DNA from: an uncultured Acidobacteriota bacterium
Lineage (GTDB): Bacteria; Acidobacteriota; UBA6911; RPQK01; JAPXNP01
DNA: 64,000 nucleotides
Reading direction: 5' to 3'
Assembly (NCBI GenBank): GCA_963777605.1
Contig: CAVZRV010000030.1
Span: forward strand, 1-64,000
Both the position numbers and the translations under genes were made by a program. Shown one piece after another: positions 40,422-54,308 of the stretch. How positions within the stretch are numbered: the stretch's first letter is position 1; each line of letters starts with the position of its first letter. The notes beneath the pieces are model-generated. The model was not told the origin of the DNA, ran no database searches, and saw only the letters and a program-made list of their open reading frames with translations.

Positions 40422-42704
40422 TCAGGGCTCCGTTTCCCAAAAGGGATAGTGCTCGGTTGGAACTGGTGGCCAGCGCAGGTGCTCCGAGAACTGAATGATC
40501 CGTTGAACGTCTTCTTCCAGGAGGAACCCGTCGTCCCGCAGTGACCTGGCCGACTCCGTGACTTGCTCGAGGTAGGTCTGGCGGGTCGGGTAGCGCTCCT
40601 CAATCGAAAGCCGGGCGTCCCCCTTTTGCAGGCGCATCTCCCGGGTCGGTGCAAATGGCCAGAAGGAGGACTCGAACGGGGTGAGATAGTTCTCGGCTCC
40701 GGTCCCCGTCTTCCGGGGGTTGAAGCCCTGGTAGGTTCCCAGTGGAGCCTGCAGGGCGGGAACCCGAATGCCACCGATCCCGTTGCCATCCTGGTCAAAG
40801 GCGGGAACGCGGGTCTCGTAAGGGGGCCCGAACGGGACGGGAGGGACCCGGTCCTGGATTCCCTCGGACCAGAAGCGCGGACCGTAATCGAGACGTGCAG
40901 GCTTCAGGTTTCGGCCCGGATGCCGGACTGCCGGGAAGACGACGCCACCGAGTTCGTAGCGGGGAATGTGCGGAAAGCGCACCTGGTGTTCCTTGGGGGT
41001 GATCAACTCTCCGTGGTCGATACGGGGAACCCGGCTGGGCGGCGGAAGAATTCCCTCGGAGACCCAGCGATCGAGCGCGACAAGCAGGGCCCGGCCAACC
41101 GGGCGCTGGTCCACCTGCCCCACTGAATGCTCTGCATCGGAGGACGTCCGGGACGCACCCTTTCCCGGGCTGCCATGGCGTGCGCCGTTGACCATGTAGA
41201 CGCGCACGTTTGAGTTGAGGTCCAGGTCGGACGTTCCCTGGAGGTTGATGTGAAGCAGGGAGGCGGAGCGAGTCCAGTACTCCAGGGCATGGTTGGCCAC
41301 CAGGATTTTGGGGACCTTGCCGAGGCGCTTGGCTTCCCGAAGGACGTCGCCATACTGGCGCCCTTCTTGCCCCAGGGGATCAAACTGCTCGACTCCGTCC
41401 TCGGCGTACAGGAACGGCATGAAATCAGCCGGGTAGTCGTTCCCTTCGAGGTGTTTCTGGTGGTGGGTCGTCTGTGCCCAGCGGTAGTTGAAGCCGCCTT
41501 TGCCCCCTCCTGGAACGTGCGGTCTCGCCCCGTCGAATGTCATGCGATCCCGCTCGTCAACGTGAAATCCCTGGTAGATCATGTGCGTGATTACCCGGCC
41601 GGACTGTGAAATTCCAAAGATGTAGGCGTACTCGGGATCGATCTCTCCCCCGGGCGCCAGCGGATTGGGTGTCCCCGCAGAATCCTGGCGGTCGAACCGG
41701 AAGAATGAAATGGCGTCACGAATCGCCGTGAGGCCCAGGCCGACGAGGCGGGGGTAGGCCGCGGTGTAGACGACTTCGTAGAGCTTGCCGCGGCGGAAGC
41801 CCTCCGGCAGGTAGACATGCACCGGGCTGAAGATCGGCTTGCCCGAGGCGTCGAGTTTGGCGAACTGCCAGCGGTCATGCGGAATGACCTCACGGGGAGC
41901 CGGTTCCGCGGAGTCGGGATCATCGCGGACCGTCAGGACCGCTTTTGACGCGAATCCCTCGGCAAGCGGGTAACAGCGACTTCCTCCCCAGGCCAGCCGC
42001 TCGACCCGCGTTTGGTCGTCACCCTGCACGGCCAGTTCGGCATTGACGAGTCCCGTCATCGGATTGCCGTCGGGTTGAACGACGACCGGCAGGTTGATCC
42101 GAAGCGGCTTCTCGCCCACCCGCTCGACGTCCCAGTTCCATCCCGACCAGAGCAGGGAATAGCCTTGGCGCATGAGCCAGCCGTTCCCCATGTCCTCCAG
42201 GGTTCTGGGATCGGTGGTTGACTCCGCGTCGTTGAGGAAACCCAGCATCAAGGGAAGGCCCCGGTTGTTGACGTCGTAGAGCAGCCGGTGATTTCCCTTC
42301 GACAGTTCGACCGGCTTGAGCAACAGGAAGTCCCCCTCGAACTCGACTTCTCCCTCGTCGTTGCGAGCGTCCTCGCCGATCACTTCCACTATTTCGTCCC
42401 CTTCAATGCGCGAGAGATCCTGTCTCAGCTGACCCTTTGATGCCAGTTTCAGGTCAACGACCGCCGCGTTGTGAGGGTTTGCGGGAGCGACCGCGTAGAC
42501 GAGTCGGCCCCGAATGCGCTCGTAGGGGCCAACCCCGCCGAAAGAGTACCCATCCGCGACCAGCGAACGTTCCGAGATCATCAGTCGGACGACGCGGGCC
42601 AGGCACGTCTGGGCGCCGGCGGTGAGGACGGCGGTCAGGATCAAGGCACACGAAAACGGGAGCGAACGGGAGTAGTTTCTTTGCATGACACCTCGTGCCG
42701 ACAT
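40422..42704 (-). CDS. Secreted alpha/beta-hydrolase domain protein (Abhydrolase_10-like)
   Basis: Signal peptide; GISQSGR nucleophile elbow, EYW, DGN..GGIR.P and SIEERY motifs. Confidence 0.85.
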   Translation of the reverse strand: MSARGVMQRNYSRSLPFSCALILTAVLTAGAQTCLARVVRLMISERSLVADGYSFGGVGPYERIRGRLVYAVAPANPHNAAVVDLKLASKGQLRQDLSRIEGDEIVEVIGEDARNDEGEVEFEGDFLLLKPVELSKGNHRLLYDVNNRGLPLMLGFLNDAESTTDPRTLEDMGNGWLMRQGYSLLWSGWNWDVERVGEKPLRINLPVVVQPDGNPMTGLVNAELAVQGDDQTRVERLAWGGSRCYPLAEGFASKAVLTVRDDPDSAEPAPREVIPHDRWQFAKLDASGKPIFSPVHVYLPEGFRRGKLYEVVYTAAYPRLVGLGLTAIRDAISFFRFDRQDSAGTPNPLAPGGEIDPEYAYIFGISQSGRVITHMIYQGFHVDERDRMTFDGARPHVPGGGKGGFNYRWAQTTHHQKHLEGNDYPADFMPFLYAEDGVEQFDPLGQEGRQYGDVLREAKRLGKVPKILVANHALEYWTRSASLLHINLQGTSDLDLNSNVRVYMVNGARHGSPGKGASRTSSDAEHSVGQVDQRPVGRALLVALDRWVSEGILPPPSRVPRIDHGELITPKEHQVRFPHIPRYELGGVVFPAVRHPGRNLKPARLDYGPRFWSEGIQDRVPPVPFGPPYETRVPAFDQDGNGIGGIRVPALQAPLGTYQGFNPRKTGTGAENYLTPFESSFWPFAPTREMRLQKGDARLSIEERYPTRQTYLEQVTESARSLRDDGFLLEEDVQRIIQFSEHLRWPPVPTEHYPFWETEP

Positions 42705-42802
42705 GATCGCCGATCACGGCGCGAGGGGCAAACTCCGCCCGCCCGAAGAAGCCGGGAAATCCGGTTTTCTCCGGCGGCAGTCTCCCGTATGCTTGGTTCA
42801 CA

Positions 42803-43678
42803 ATGAACCACTCCGAAACGTGGATCGAAGCCGATGACGGTACCCGTCTCTTCTGTCAGCGATGGGTTCCCGAACCGGTGACCGGCGCAAGGATCGGCCT
42901 CGTCCACGGGTTCGGCGACCACTCTGGAAGGTACGAGGAACTGGTTGTTTCGCTGACATCCGCCGGACACGGGCTATTTGCGTTCGACCTGAGAGGGCAC
43001 GGAAGGTCTTCCGGTCGCCGCGGACACATTCTCGCGTGGCAGCAGTATCGAGACGACCTGTCGCGTTTTCTCGACGAACTTAACAAGCAGGGTTCCGGGC
43101 CGTCATTTCTCCTCGGTCACAGCATGGGAGGCCTCATTATTCTGGAATTCCTTCTTGGCGAAGAGGCCGCTGATTCGACCGCCCGCGAAACGCACCGGGA
43201 CTCGATCGAAGGGGCGATCCTCTCGGCCCCGCTTCTCGAACAGCCCCGGCTTCCGGCCTGGCGTCTGCAGATCGCTGCCTGGCTGTCCAGGCTCTGGCCG
43301 GGTTTTTCCCTCAGAGCGGGAATCGATCCTGCCACGCTGTCTCGCAGCGAGAACGAGCAGGACGGGTACCGGCACGATCCGCTGGTTCACGGGACCGGCT
43401 CGGCGCGCCTGGCGACTGAGTTGCTTTCAGCTCAGTCGCGGGTTTTCAACTCGGCCAACCGCTTGAGAACTCCGGTCCTGCTGTGTCACGGCACGGCAGA
43501 TCGACTCGTTCCAATCTCGGGGAGTCGGCGGTTGGCCTCCGCAGCACCGCCCGCTGTCGTTGCGTTGAAGGAGTATTCGGGAGCCTGTCACGAACTGCAC
43601 AACGACCTGGTGAAGGAAGAGTATTTCGGAGACGTTCTCCACTGGATTGAGGAAACAGCTCAACGCAAGGGAGTTTGA
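42803..43678 (+). CDS. Lysophospholipase / monoacylglycerol lipase
   Basis: HGFGDHSGRY, DLRGHGRS, GHSMGG and HELHN motifs. Confidence 0.92.
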   Translation: MNHSETWIEADDGTRLFCQRWVPEPVTGARIGLVHGFGDHSGRYEELVVSLTSAGHGLFAFDLRGHGRSSGRRGHILAWQQYRDDLSRFLDELNKQGSGPSFLLGHSMGGLIILEFLLGEEAADSTARETHRDSIEGAILSAPLLEQPRLPAWRLQIAAWLSRLWPGFSLRAGIDPATLSRSENEQDGYRHDPLVHGTGSARLATELLSAQSRVFNSANRLRTPVLLCHGTADRLVPISGSRRLASAAPPAVVALKEYSGACHELHNDLVKEEYFGDVLHWIEETAQRKGV

Positions 43679-43679
43679 G

Positions 43680-46254
43680 ATGAGAGAGTGGGTCATACGA
43701 GTCCTGTCCTTATGTCTGACCATCGGAGTGTTGGCGTGCTCGAACTGTTCGACCGGTGAACAACCTCTCACAATCGGTATCTCACCCGTGGCAGACCCCC
43801 TGGAAGTATTGGCAGCCAAGGAACTCCGGCGCTACTGGTACCTGACGACCGGGAAACTGGGTGACATCCGGACGGTTGACGAACCGTCGGCGACAACCTC
43901 GAATCAGGTTATCCTTTGCACCATCGGAACCCCGTTCTCGCTTTCTGTCGAGCGAGTCCTGTCCCCGCCGGCGACCGACATCCAGGATGACCAGGGATAC
44001 CAGGTAATCAGCATCGGAGACCGGGGCAGCGGCGGAGTCCTGGTCCGGGGCGCCAGTCACCTCGGGACACTCTACGGTGCCTATCGCTTGATCGAGGCTC
44101 TCGGGGTTCGCTTCTATCCGGATGGCGACGCAATTCCGGAGATCCGAAAGGACCTCCGGCTTCCGCTGTTGAACCTGGTGGAGGCTCCCGCATTCCGGCT
44201 GCGGGGGATTCAGCCTTTTCACGATTTTCCGGAGGGGCCTGACTGGTGGAACCTGGACGACTACAAAGCGACCATCGCTCAGCTTGCGAAGATGCGGCTG
44301 AACTTCATCGGTTTTCACACCTATCCCTCCAAACCTTTCGACGGGGCATCGAAGCCGGAACCGATGGTGTGGATCGGCCTCGAAGACCAGGTTGCCGATG
44401 GGGGTCAGGTCCGTTCCGCGTATCCGGTGATGCACTTTCACACCGGGGACCGGACCTGGGGTTACGACACGATGGAGACATCGGCCTTCCACCTGGGGGG
44501 ATCGCAGCTTTTCGATCGGGACGACTACGGAGCCGGCTACATGGCCGGGATTTCGCCGTGGCCGCATCGACAGGAGGAGAATGTACGGATTTTCGACGAG
44601 TTCGGGAAACTCCAGCGAAGCGCGTTCGGCTTTGCCCGGAAGCTCGGAGTCCGAACCTGCGTCGGAACCGAAACTCCACTGACCATCCCGGAACCAGTGC
44701 AGGCCGAACTGCTCAGGCGGGGGATGGCCCCCGACTCGGAGGATGCCGTTCGCGCTGTCTACCGGGGGATCTTCACCCGCATCATGAAGACCCATCCACT
44801 GGACTACTACTGGTTTTGGACTCCCGAGTCGTGGACCTGGGATGAGATTCCCGATCGGGAAGTGGATCAGACCCGCAAGGATTTACTCGTCGCCTACGAG
44901 GTTGCCCGGGAGCTTGGAGTCCCCTTCGAGCTGGCCACGTCGGGATGGGTCCTGGGTCCTCCGGGGAACCGGGCGCAGTTCGACCAGGAACTGCCCAAGG
45001 AGATCGCCTTCAGCTGCATCAACCGCGAGGTCGGTTTCACCCCGGTGGAAGAGGGGTTCAGGCGGGTAGAGGGCCGTTCAAAGTGGGCGATACCGTGGCT
45101 GGAAGACGACCCTGCGCTCACCTCGCCGCAATTGTGGGTTGGGAGGGTCCGGCGTGATGCCCGGGATGCTCAGCGCTACGGTTGCGACGGCCTCTTCGGG
45201 ATCCACTGGCGCACGCGTCCTCTCGGCCCGGCGTTCGGTGCCCTCGCCCAGGCCGGATGGTCGGTACGTGATTGGGCCGAATCTCCTGACGGTCGTGACC
45301 TGGCCTCCGACGATTTTTACCTGGATTGGGCGGTCGCCCAGTTTGGGCCGGATGCGGGTCCGGAGGCGGCACGGATCTTCACCGAAGTGGACGGGGGGCC
45401 GCTCTATCACAGCGGCCAGGGTCCCCGGCAGGCCAATCTCTTCCGGGCTTCCGACTGGGCGGGTAAGGGGCCGGGCGGCGTCTTGGTCAACGAGGAACCC
45501 TGGAGTGAAGTGGCGCCCCGGTTCTCGTTTGTGGAGGAACTGGCGGCGTTGGAACCCAGGGTCACCGGAGCGGCCGCAAGGGAGCGGTTTGAATACTGGT
45601 TGAACCTGTTTCGTCTATTCCCGGCAGATGGCCGAGGTCGGCTGTACCCTGGGCGAACTGAAGGCGGCTGTGGGTGCCGCACAGAGGGAGAGAAGCCGGG
45701 TACAGGCACGGATCAGGACTGAGCAGGAGATTCTGCCACTGCGGGAGCGGGCAGCCCGGGAATGGAGCGAGATGGGGACCCTCCTGCTGAAGTACGTCAG
45801 CACGACCGGCGGAATGGGGACGATCGCCAACCTGGAACAGCACAACCTCGCCAACCTGAAACGATTGACGGAGTACGACGACGCCCTCGAGAAGCTCCTG
45901 GGAAAACCGGTTCCAGGACTTGAACTCGCAAGGGACTACCAGGGGCCGGACCGGCTCTTTCTCCCGACCAGGCGGGGAACCCTCGAAAGAGGTGAGGATT
46001 TGCGACTGGAGGCGATCGTCCTGAGCCGGATTCCCCCGAGCGAGGTTGTGCTCCACTGGAGGATGCTCGGCGACGGTGAGTTCTCGGAAGAGACCTTTAT
46101 GAGCGGAGAACGGGGCGTTTATCGGATAATACTGGAGTCAGCCCGGATCGGTGACTCGGACATTGAGTATTTTGTAGAGGCCAGAATGGACGGTTCCGCC
46201 CTTGTTGCCCCTCCGTCCGCTCCGGTGACGGGCCAGACCGTAGTGGTCTGGTGA
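43680..46254 (+). CDS. Secreted glycoside-hydrolase-like protein (GH20/67/89-like N-domain and barrel; frameshift near 45618)
   Basis: Signal/lipobox; AAKELRRY, GTLYGAY..IE..G.RF, P.F.LRG, KMRLN and IPWLEDD. Confidence 0.6.
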
Positions 46255-46305
46255 TCGAAAATTAGCCTGAATCTCCAGTGTAAACGTTGGGATGTTTGTC
46301 TTCAG

Positions 46306-48639
<2,334 letters not shown>

Positions 48640-48671
48640 TTCATCCCGCTAGTCGAATTCGTAGAGGAAGA

Positions 48672-50012
48672 ATGATGACGAGAATTGCTATGTGGAACGT
48701 GTTCTTGGGCCTCCTGCTGCTGCTCACTGCAGCCGGGTGCTCTTCGCAGAGCGGGCCGACAGCCAAGGCCGAGGCCCAGGAATTTCGCCAGGCCATGCAA
48801 TCGTATCAGCAGAGCAAGGACCCTGCAGAGAAACTCCGCTTGGCCACCGACTTCCTGGACAAGTACCCCGACAGTCCATATACGGTCCAAGTGGTCGATG
48901 CGGTAACCCGTGACTACTATGGTACCGCCGTGACTGACCCAAAAGGGGCGGTCGCGTTTGCCCAGTCCAGGCTGGCCGGGTTGTCCGATCAGCGCCAAAT
49001 TGAGGCGGGACGCCTGGTTCTCCTGCGGTTGTACGGAAAGGCGGGCATGGGAGAGTCAATCGCGGCTCTGGCGGACAAACTGGGTTCGAAGGCGAGCCTC
49101 TCCGACCGGACGGCGATCGTTGATGGAGCGGTGGCAGCCGGTGACTGGGGCCTGGTGGAAAGAGAGGCTCAAGTCACCCTCGATCTCCTTTCCCCCGATT
49201 ATCTCAAGAACAGGTCGGGAGGCGAGGAACTGAACGAAGCCCAGATTGATTTCGAACTCCGGATGCAGAAGGCCGACCTTTATCGGTATCTCGGAGAGGC
49301 CCGTTTTCGCCAGGGTGCCGTCGGTGACGCTCTCAAGGATTTCGAGTCGGCTAACCAGGACGAGATTCGTAATTTCGTGGGTCTTGGCTTTACTTCGCTG
49401 GACGAAATGTGGGGAGAGGCCTTGATCGCTTCGGGAGAGAACCAGAAGGCGATGGACGTGCTGGAGCGTCCCGCCCTGATCGGACGCAACGAGGAGGCAC
49501 TCGGGCTGTTTAGAAAGGCGTATCTTGCGACCGGGCATCCCGAAAAGGAGTTCGATCGATTTTGTGCCGACCGGCGAGTCCAGGTGGCGCCGGAGATGCC
49601 AGGCTTTCAGGCTCTGGATTACAGCGGAAAGGAATTCACCTACGAGCCGGGCAACGGAAAGGTCACCTTCCTGGCCTTCTGGTTCCCGACATGAGGGGGA
49701 TGCCGCGTGGAGTTGCCACGCCTCCAGTCGCTTTACGAGAAGTTTCGGGATCGTGGTGTCGAGTTTATCGCCGTGGAAGCGGTGCGCGACACTGAAGGAG
49801 CAGAAGAGTTCATCGAGAAGAACGGCCTGAGTTATCGCTTCCTGGAGAACGGAGAAGGAAAGAGGGAGATCGTGCGCTCATTGTTCCATGTCCGGGTGTT
49901 CCCGACGTCGCTGTTGATTGACCAGAAGGGCCGGGTGGTCAGCTGCCATATCGACTACAGTGAGGGCGACGACGCCCGCTTTGAATCTGAGATCCTAAAC
50001 CTCCTGAGTTGA
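48672..50012 (+). CDS. TPR-like/TlpA-type redoxin lipoprotein; probable selenoprotein (UGA at 49692-49694 read as Sec, motif UGGC)
   Basis: Lipobox AAGC; ...[21 protein letters not shown]...FPTSLLID continues in frame; hairpin just 3' of the UGA. Confidence 0.85.
49705..49721 (+). other. Putative bacterial SECIS hairpin GCGTGG-AGTTG-CCACGC
   Basis: Perfect 6-bp stem starting 11 nt after the UGA, with a G-containing loop. Confidence 0.7.
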
Positions 50013-50026
50013 ATCGAGGAACTAGT

Positions 50027-51826
50027 TTGAACACACGAGAAGACATAAGAAACCTGGCCATCATCGCTCACGTCGATCACGGCAAGACGACCCTGGTGGA
50101 TGCGATGCTGTGGCAGAGCGGGATTTTTCGAAACAACGAGCAGGTCGCCGAGCGGGTGATGGACTCCATTGACCTGGAGCGGGAAAAGGGAATCACCATC
50201 ATGGCGAAGAATACTTCGATCTTCTATCGAGGTGTTCGAATCAACATCGTCGACACTCCGGGACACGCCGACTTCGGAGGCGAAGTCGAGCGAACCCTCA
50301 AGATGGTGGACGGAGTCCTGCTCCTGGTCGATGCAAGCGAGGGACCGCTTCCACAGACCCGCTTCGTGCTCCGGAAGGCGCTGGAAGCGAGCCTGCCGAC
50401 GATCCTGGTCATCAACAAGATCGACCGCTCCGACGCCCGTATCGAAGAAGTCCTCGACGAGGTTTACGACCTCTTTATCGACCTGGATGCCTCGGACGAT
50501 CAACTCGACTTCCCGATTCTTTACTGCAATGCTCGGGCAGGAGTCTGCCGAACCGAGCCCGAGGGAGAGGACCAGACCCTGGTTCCCCTGTTCGAACAGA
50601 TCCTCGCGACGTTTTCCGGTCCTCGCTTCGATCCGGATGCTCCCCTGCAGTTCCTGGTGACCAGCCTCGACTATGACGACTACGTCGGACGTCTTGCCGT
50701 TGGACGGGTCTTCAACGGCTCGTTGAAGACCCGGCAGAAAGCCATGCTGGCCCGGAATGACGATTCGATGGTCCCGGTTGACGTCACCGGCCTGTTTGGC
50801 TACGACGGGCTCAAGCGAGTCAAGATCGACGCGGCCCGCGCCGGTGACATTGTTTCGATTGCCGGGATTCAGGAAATCAGCATCGGCGAGACGGTGACCG
50901 CGGTGGAGCGGCCGCTCCGGCTTCCGGGGATCCGGGTAGACGAACCGACTCTGGCCGTGACGATTTCAATCAACGATTCGCCCTTTTCGGGCAGGGACGG
51001 GAGGTACCTCACGTCCCGGAAGATCAAGGAGCGGCTGGACCGCGAGACCCTGACCAATGTCTCCATCCGGGTGGAACCCACCGATTCACCCGACTGCTTT
51101 CAGGTTTCCGGCCGGGGTGAACTACAGTTGGCCATTCTCATCGAGATGATGCGACGAGAGGACTTCGAAATGACCGTCGGGAGGCCCCAGGTCCTGACTC
51201 ACCTCGAGGACGGGCAGGTGATGGAGCCGATGGAGAGCCTGGTTATCGATTGCCCGGAGGAGTACATCGGCGTCGTCACGGAAGCGGTTGGGATTCGCAA
51301 GGGCCGGATGACCAAGATGGTTAATCACGGCACTGGTCGGGTTCGGATGGAGTTTCGCATTCCATCGAGAGGTCTGCTCGGCTTCCGCTCGCAGTTCCTG
51401 ACCGACACGCGCGGGTCCGGAATCCTGACCCATGTTTTCGACGGCTACGACGTCTGGCAGGGCGAGATCTCCCAACGCAGCAGTGGGGCCATGGTTTCGG
51501 ACCGCCCCGGACGCGCTACCGGCTACGCGATTGAGCACCTGCAGCCGCGAGGTGAATTGTTCGTGCTCCCGGGAGAAGAAGTCTACGAAGGGATGATCGT
51601 GGGCGAGAATGCCCGTCCACAGGATCTCGACGTGAACATCACCAAGGAGAAGAAGTTGACCAATATGCGCTCCTCGACATCCGACGAACTCATTCACCTG
51701 ATTCCGCCGCGGCGGATGAGCCTGGAGCAGTCGCTCGAGTACGTTCGCGAGGACGAAGCCCTGGAGGTCACCCCGAAGTCGGTGCGGCTCAGGAAGCGGT
51801 TCCTTCAGGCCTCGAAGAGAAAGTGA
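50027..51826 (+). CDS. typA: Translational GTPase TypA/BipA
   Basis: [31 protein letters not shown] and EVTP motifs. Confidence 0.97.
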   Translation: MNTREDIRNLAIIAHVDHGKTTLVDAMLWQSGIFRNNEQVAERVMDSIDLEREKGITIMAKNTSIFYRGVRINIVDTPGHADFGGEVERTLKMVDGVLLLVDASEGPLPQTRFVLRKALEASLPTILVINKIDRSDARIEEVLDEVYDLFIDLDASDDQLDFPILYCNARAGVCRTEPEGEDQTLVPLFEQILATFSGPRFDPDAPLQFLVTSLDYDDYVGRLAVGRVFNGSLKTRQKAMLARNDDSMVPVDVTGLFGYDGLKRVKIDAARAGDIVSIAGIQEISIGETVTAVERPLRLPGIRVDEPTLAVTISINDSPFSGRDGRYLTSRKIKERLDRETLTNVSIRVEPTDSPDCFQVSGRGELQLAILIEMMRREDFEMTVGRPQVLTHLEDGQVMEPMESLVIDCPEEYIGVVTEAVGIRKGRMTKMVNHGTGRVRMEFRIPSRGLLGFRSQFLTDTRGSGILTHVFDGYDVWQGEISQRSSGAMVSDRPGRATGYAIEHLQPRGELFVLPGEEVYEGMIVGENARPQDLDVNITKEKKLTNMRSSTSDELIHLIPPRRMSLEQSLEYVREDEALEVTPKSVRLRKRFLQASKRK

Positions 51827-51952
51827 ACGGGCGATGAATCGATGAAACCCGGGGGTATGGAGATCGCGCATCCGTCCTCCAACCGATCAGTGCCGGATCC
51901 TCCGGTATGGGCAGCCAAGATTCCGTGAGAGTCCCCGGCTATACTGTCCTCG

Positions 51953-53176
51953 ATGAGCGTTCGTACGGGGAGTGCTGACCTGCCGCTTCATGGGGGGCGC
52001 GTGCCGGCCTGGCTGGCCGGGCGGATGGCCCGCCTGGGCCGGGTCGTCACCGAAGCAATCGTCGGAGAATACGGGCGGGATGAGTTTCTGGCTCGACTGT
52101 CCCATCCCTTCTGGTTTCAGTCGTTCGGTGCCGTTATGGGGATGGACTGGCATTCTTCGGGGATTACGACGAGTGTTCTCGGGGCCTTGAAGCGGGGACT
52201 CGAGCCGGTGCAGTGGGAACTGGGCATTCACGTCTGCGGCGGTCGGGGAAGGCATTCTCGAAGGACTCCGCAGGAGCTGATCGCGGTCGGACAGGGCCGG
52301 GGGCTCGATGGCGAGGGCCTGGCCGAGAAGAGCCGGCTTGTGGCCAAGGTGGACAGTGCCGCCGTTCAGGACGGATACCAGCTCTATCTCCATGGGTTCA
52401 TTGTGACCGACAAGGGGAACTGGGCCGTCGTGCAGCAGGGAATGAACCCCGAGCTGCGCCAGGCGCGGCGGTACCACTGGCTGTCGACGCGGGTCTCCTC
52501 TTTTGTCGAGGAACCCCACAGTGCAATTGAAGGACCGACCCAAGGGGAGATCCTCAACCTGACCGACAGGCGGGCCCGTATCTCCCGGGAAACTCAGGTC
52601 GCGCTGATTTCGGATCCTGACCAGGTTGTTGGTACCTTGAAGCTGCCGTCTCACCATGATGTCCGGACGCGCGACGTGAATCTGCCCCGACTCCGCGCCA
52701 CTCTCCTGTCGGCGGCGCGGCGCGGCCCGGTCGATTTTCAGGATCTGATGATGACTCCCGGAGTCGGTGCGCGCACCCTGGAAGCTTTGGCGCTGGTTGC
52801 TGAGGTGATTCACGGTGCTCCATGCCGTTTTCAGGACCCGGCCCGTTTTTCATTTGCCCATGGTGGCAAAGACGGACATCCCTTCCCGGTTCCCCTCAAG
52901 GTCTATGACGAGACCATTCGTGTCCTCCGTGGAGCCGTTGACCGCGCCCGGTTGGGAAATGACGACCGCCTGGCCGCCATCCGTCGACTTGACCTCGAGT
53001 CAAGGCGACTGGAGTCCTGGTCCGAATCGGGCCTCGCATTTGAGGACCAACCGTCTCTTGAGGAAATCACCCAGGCCCGGAGGGTCCAGGGGCCGGCGCT
53101 CGACGAACGCTCGGTCGGAACTTCAAAATCGAGAAAGGTTCTGCCGCAGACTCCCCGTCAGTTGACGCTGTTCTGA
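51953..53176 (+). CDS. DUF763 family protein
   Basis: ADLPLH.G..P.WL, GMDWHSSGITT and HGGKDG.PFPV motifs. Confidence 0.88.
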   Translation: MSVRTGSADLPLHGGRVPAWLAGRMARLGRVVTEAIVGEYGRDEFLARLSHPFWFQSFGAVMGMDWHSSGITTSVLGALKRGLEPVQWELGIHVCGGRGRHSRRTPQELIAVGQGRGLDGEGLAEKSRLVAKVDSAAVQDGYQLYLHGFIVTDKGNWAVVQQGMNPELRQARRYHWLSTRVSSFVEEPHSAIEGPTQGEILNLTDRRARISRETQVALISDPDQVVGTLKLPSHHDVRTRDVNLPRLRATLLSAARRGPVDFQDLMMTPGVGARTLEALALVAEVIHGAPCRFQDPARFSFAHGGKDGHPFPVPLKVYDETIRVLRGAVDRARLGNDDRLAAIRRLDLESRRLESWSESGLAFEDQPSLEEITQARRVQGPALDERSVGTSKSRKVLPQTPRQLTLF

Positions 53177-53323
53177 GTTGTCTGCGTCGTGCGGTTCGCG
53201 CCGGACACAGAGGCAGGCCCTTGCCGGGCCTGCGTTCGAGAAGCTGCGCCGGACCAGGTCTTGATTGCCGCACCCCGGAAGCGTTGGGGCCGCGTTTCCT
53301 TAGCCCCGGCTCTGGGTGTGGCG

Positions 53324-54259
53324 TCAGTCTACCGGATGAAAGAGTTCCGTCGAGAAATAGCGTTCCATGCGGTCCGGAAAGACCGTGACCACGGTAGCCT
53401 CGGCCCCGAGTTGCCGGGCGGCTTCCTGGGCGGCCAGGAAGTTCAGTCCGGAACTGGCGCCGACGGGAAAGCCGCTTCGCATCAGGCAGCGTGCCGCCTC
53501 CAAGGCCGCCCGGTCCTCGACTTCAATCGTTTTGAGCCCGGAAAGGTCGGCGCCGCGAAAGATCTCGGAGAGCCCTTCCATCACTCCCGGAATGCACGGG
53601 CTGAAGCTGCAGCATTCGGCGTCCCTGAGCGCCGTTCCATGGACCGGCCGGGCGTAGAAGGGGCGCGTTTCACACCCGTGGTCGTGGAATCCCTCCAGGA
53701 GGCCGACCAGGGTTCCTCCGGTCCCTACTCCGCTGACCACGGCATCAACCTGCCCCGAGGGGATCTGGTTCATGATCTCCTGCGCGGTCTGGCGACGGTG
53801 CGCCTCGGCATTGTCCGGGTTGCTGAACTGGCGGGGCAGAAACGCCGAGCGTTCTTCAGCGAGAGCTTCTGCCCGGGAAATCGACCCATGGATGCCCTCT
53901 TCCCGAAGAGTCATGACGACCTCGCCTCCGTACGCCCGGATGATCATGACCCGCTCCGCACTGACCCCCTCCGGCATCACGGCGACAAAGTGTAGTCCGA
54001 ACTGCGCGCAGGCCAGAGCCATCGCGATGCTGGTTGACCCGCTGGATGCCTCGATGACAGTCTGACCCTCGGCCAGCCGCCCCTGTCTCAGGGCTTTGCC
54101 TAGAATGTAGTTGGCGATTCGGTCCTTGGTTGATCCGCTGGGATTGAGGAATTCGAGTTTGCACCAGATGACCGGCCCGTCGGGATCCCTGCGGACGGGT
54201 ACCAGGGGTGTCACCGGTGCCTGATTCAGGTAGACGTTTTCAACTTGTTTGTGCCACAT
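53324..54259 (-). CDS. PLP-dependent cysteine synthase-family protein
   Basis: KLEFLNPSGSTKDR, SSGST and GVGTGGT motifs. Confidence 0.9.
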   Translation of the reverse strand: MWHKQVENVYLNQAPVTPLVPVRRDPDGPVIWCKLEFLNPSGSTKDRIANYILGKALRQGRLAEGQTVIEASSGSTSIAMALACAQFGLHFVAVMPEGVSAERVMIIRAYGGEVVMTLREEGIHGSISRAEALAEERSAFLPRQFSNPDNAEAHRRQTAQEIMNQIPSGQVDAVVSGVGTGGTLVGLLEGFHDHGCETRPFYARPVHGTALRDAECCSFSPCIPGVMEGLSEIFRGADLSGLKTIEVEDRAALEAARCLMRSGFPVGASSGLNFLAAQEAARQLGAEATVVTVFPDRMERYFSTELFHPVD

Positions 54260-54308
54260 TCGCCCCGGAATGTAACACCAAGCCGGTCGCCAGGGAAGAG
54301 GCTGGTCG

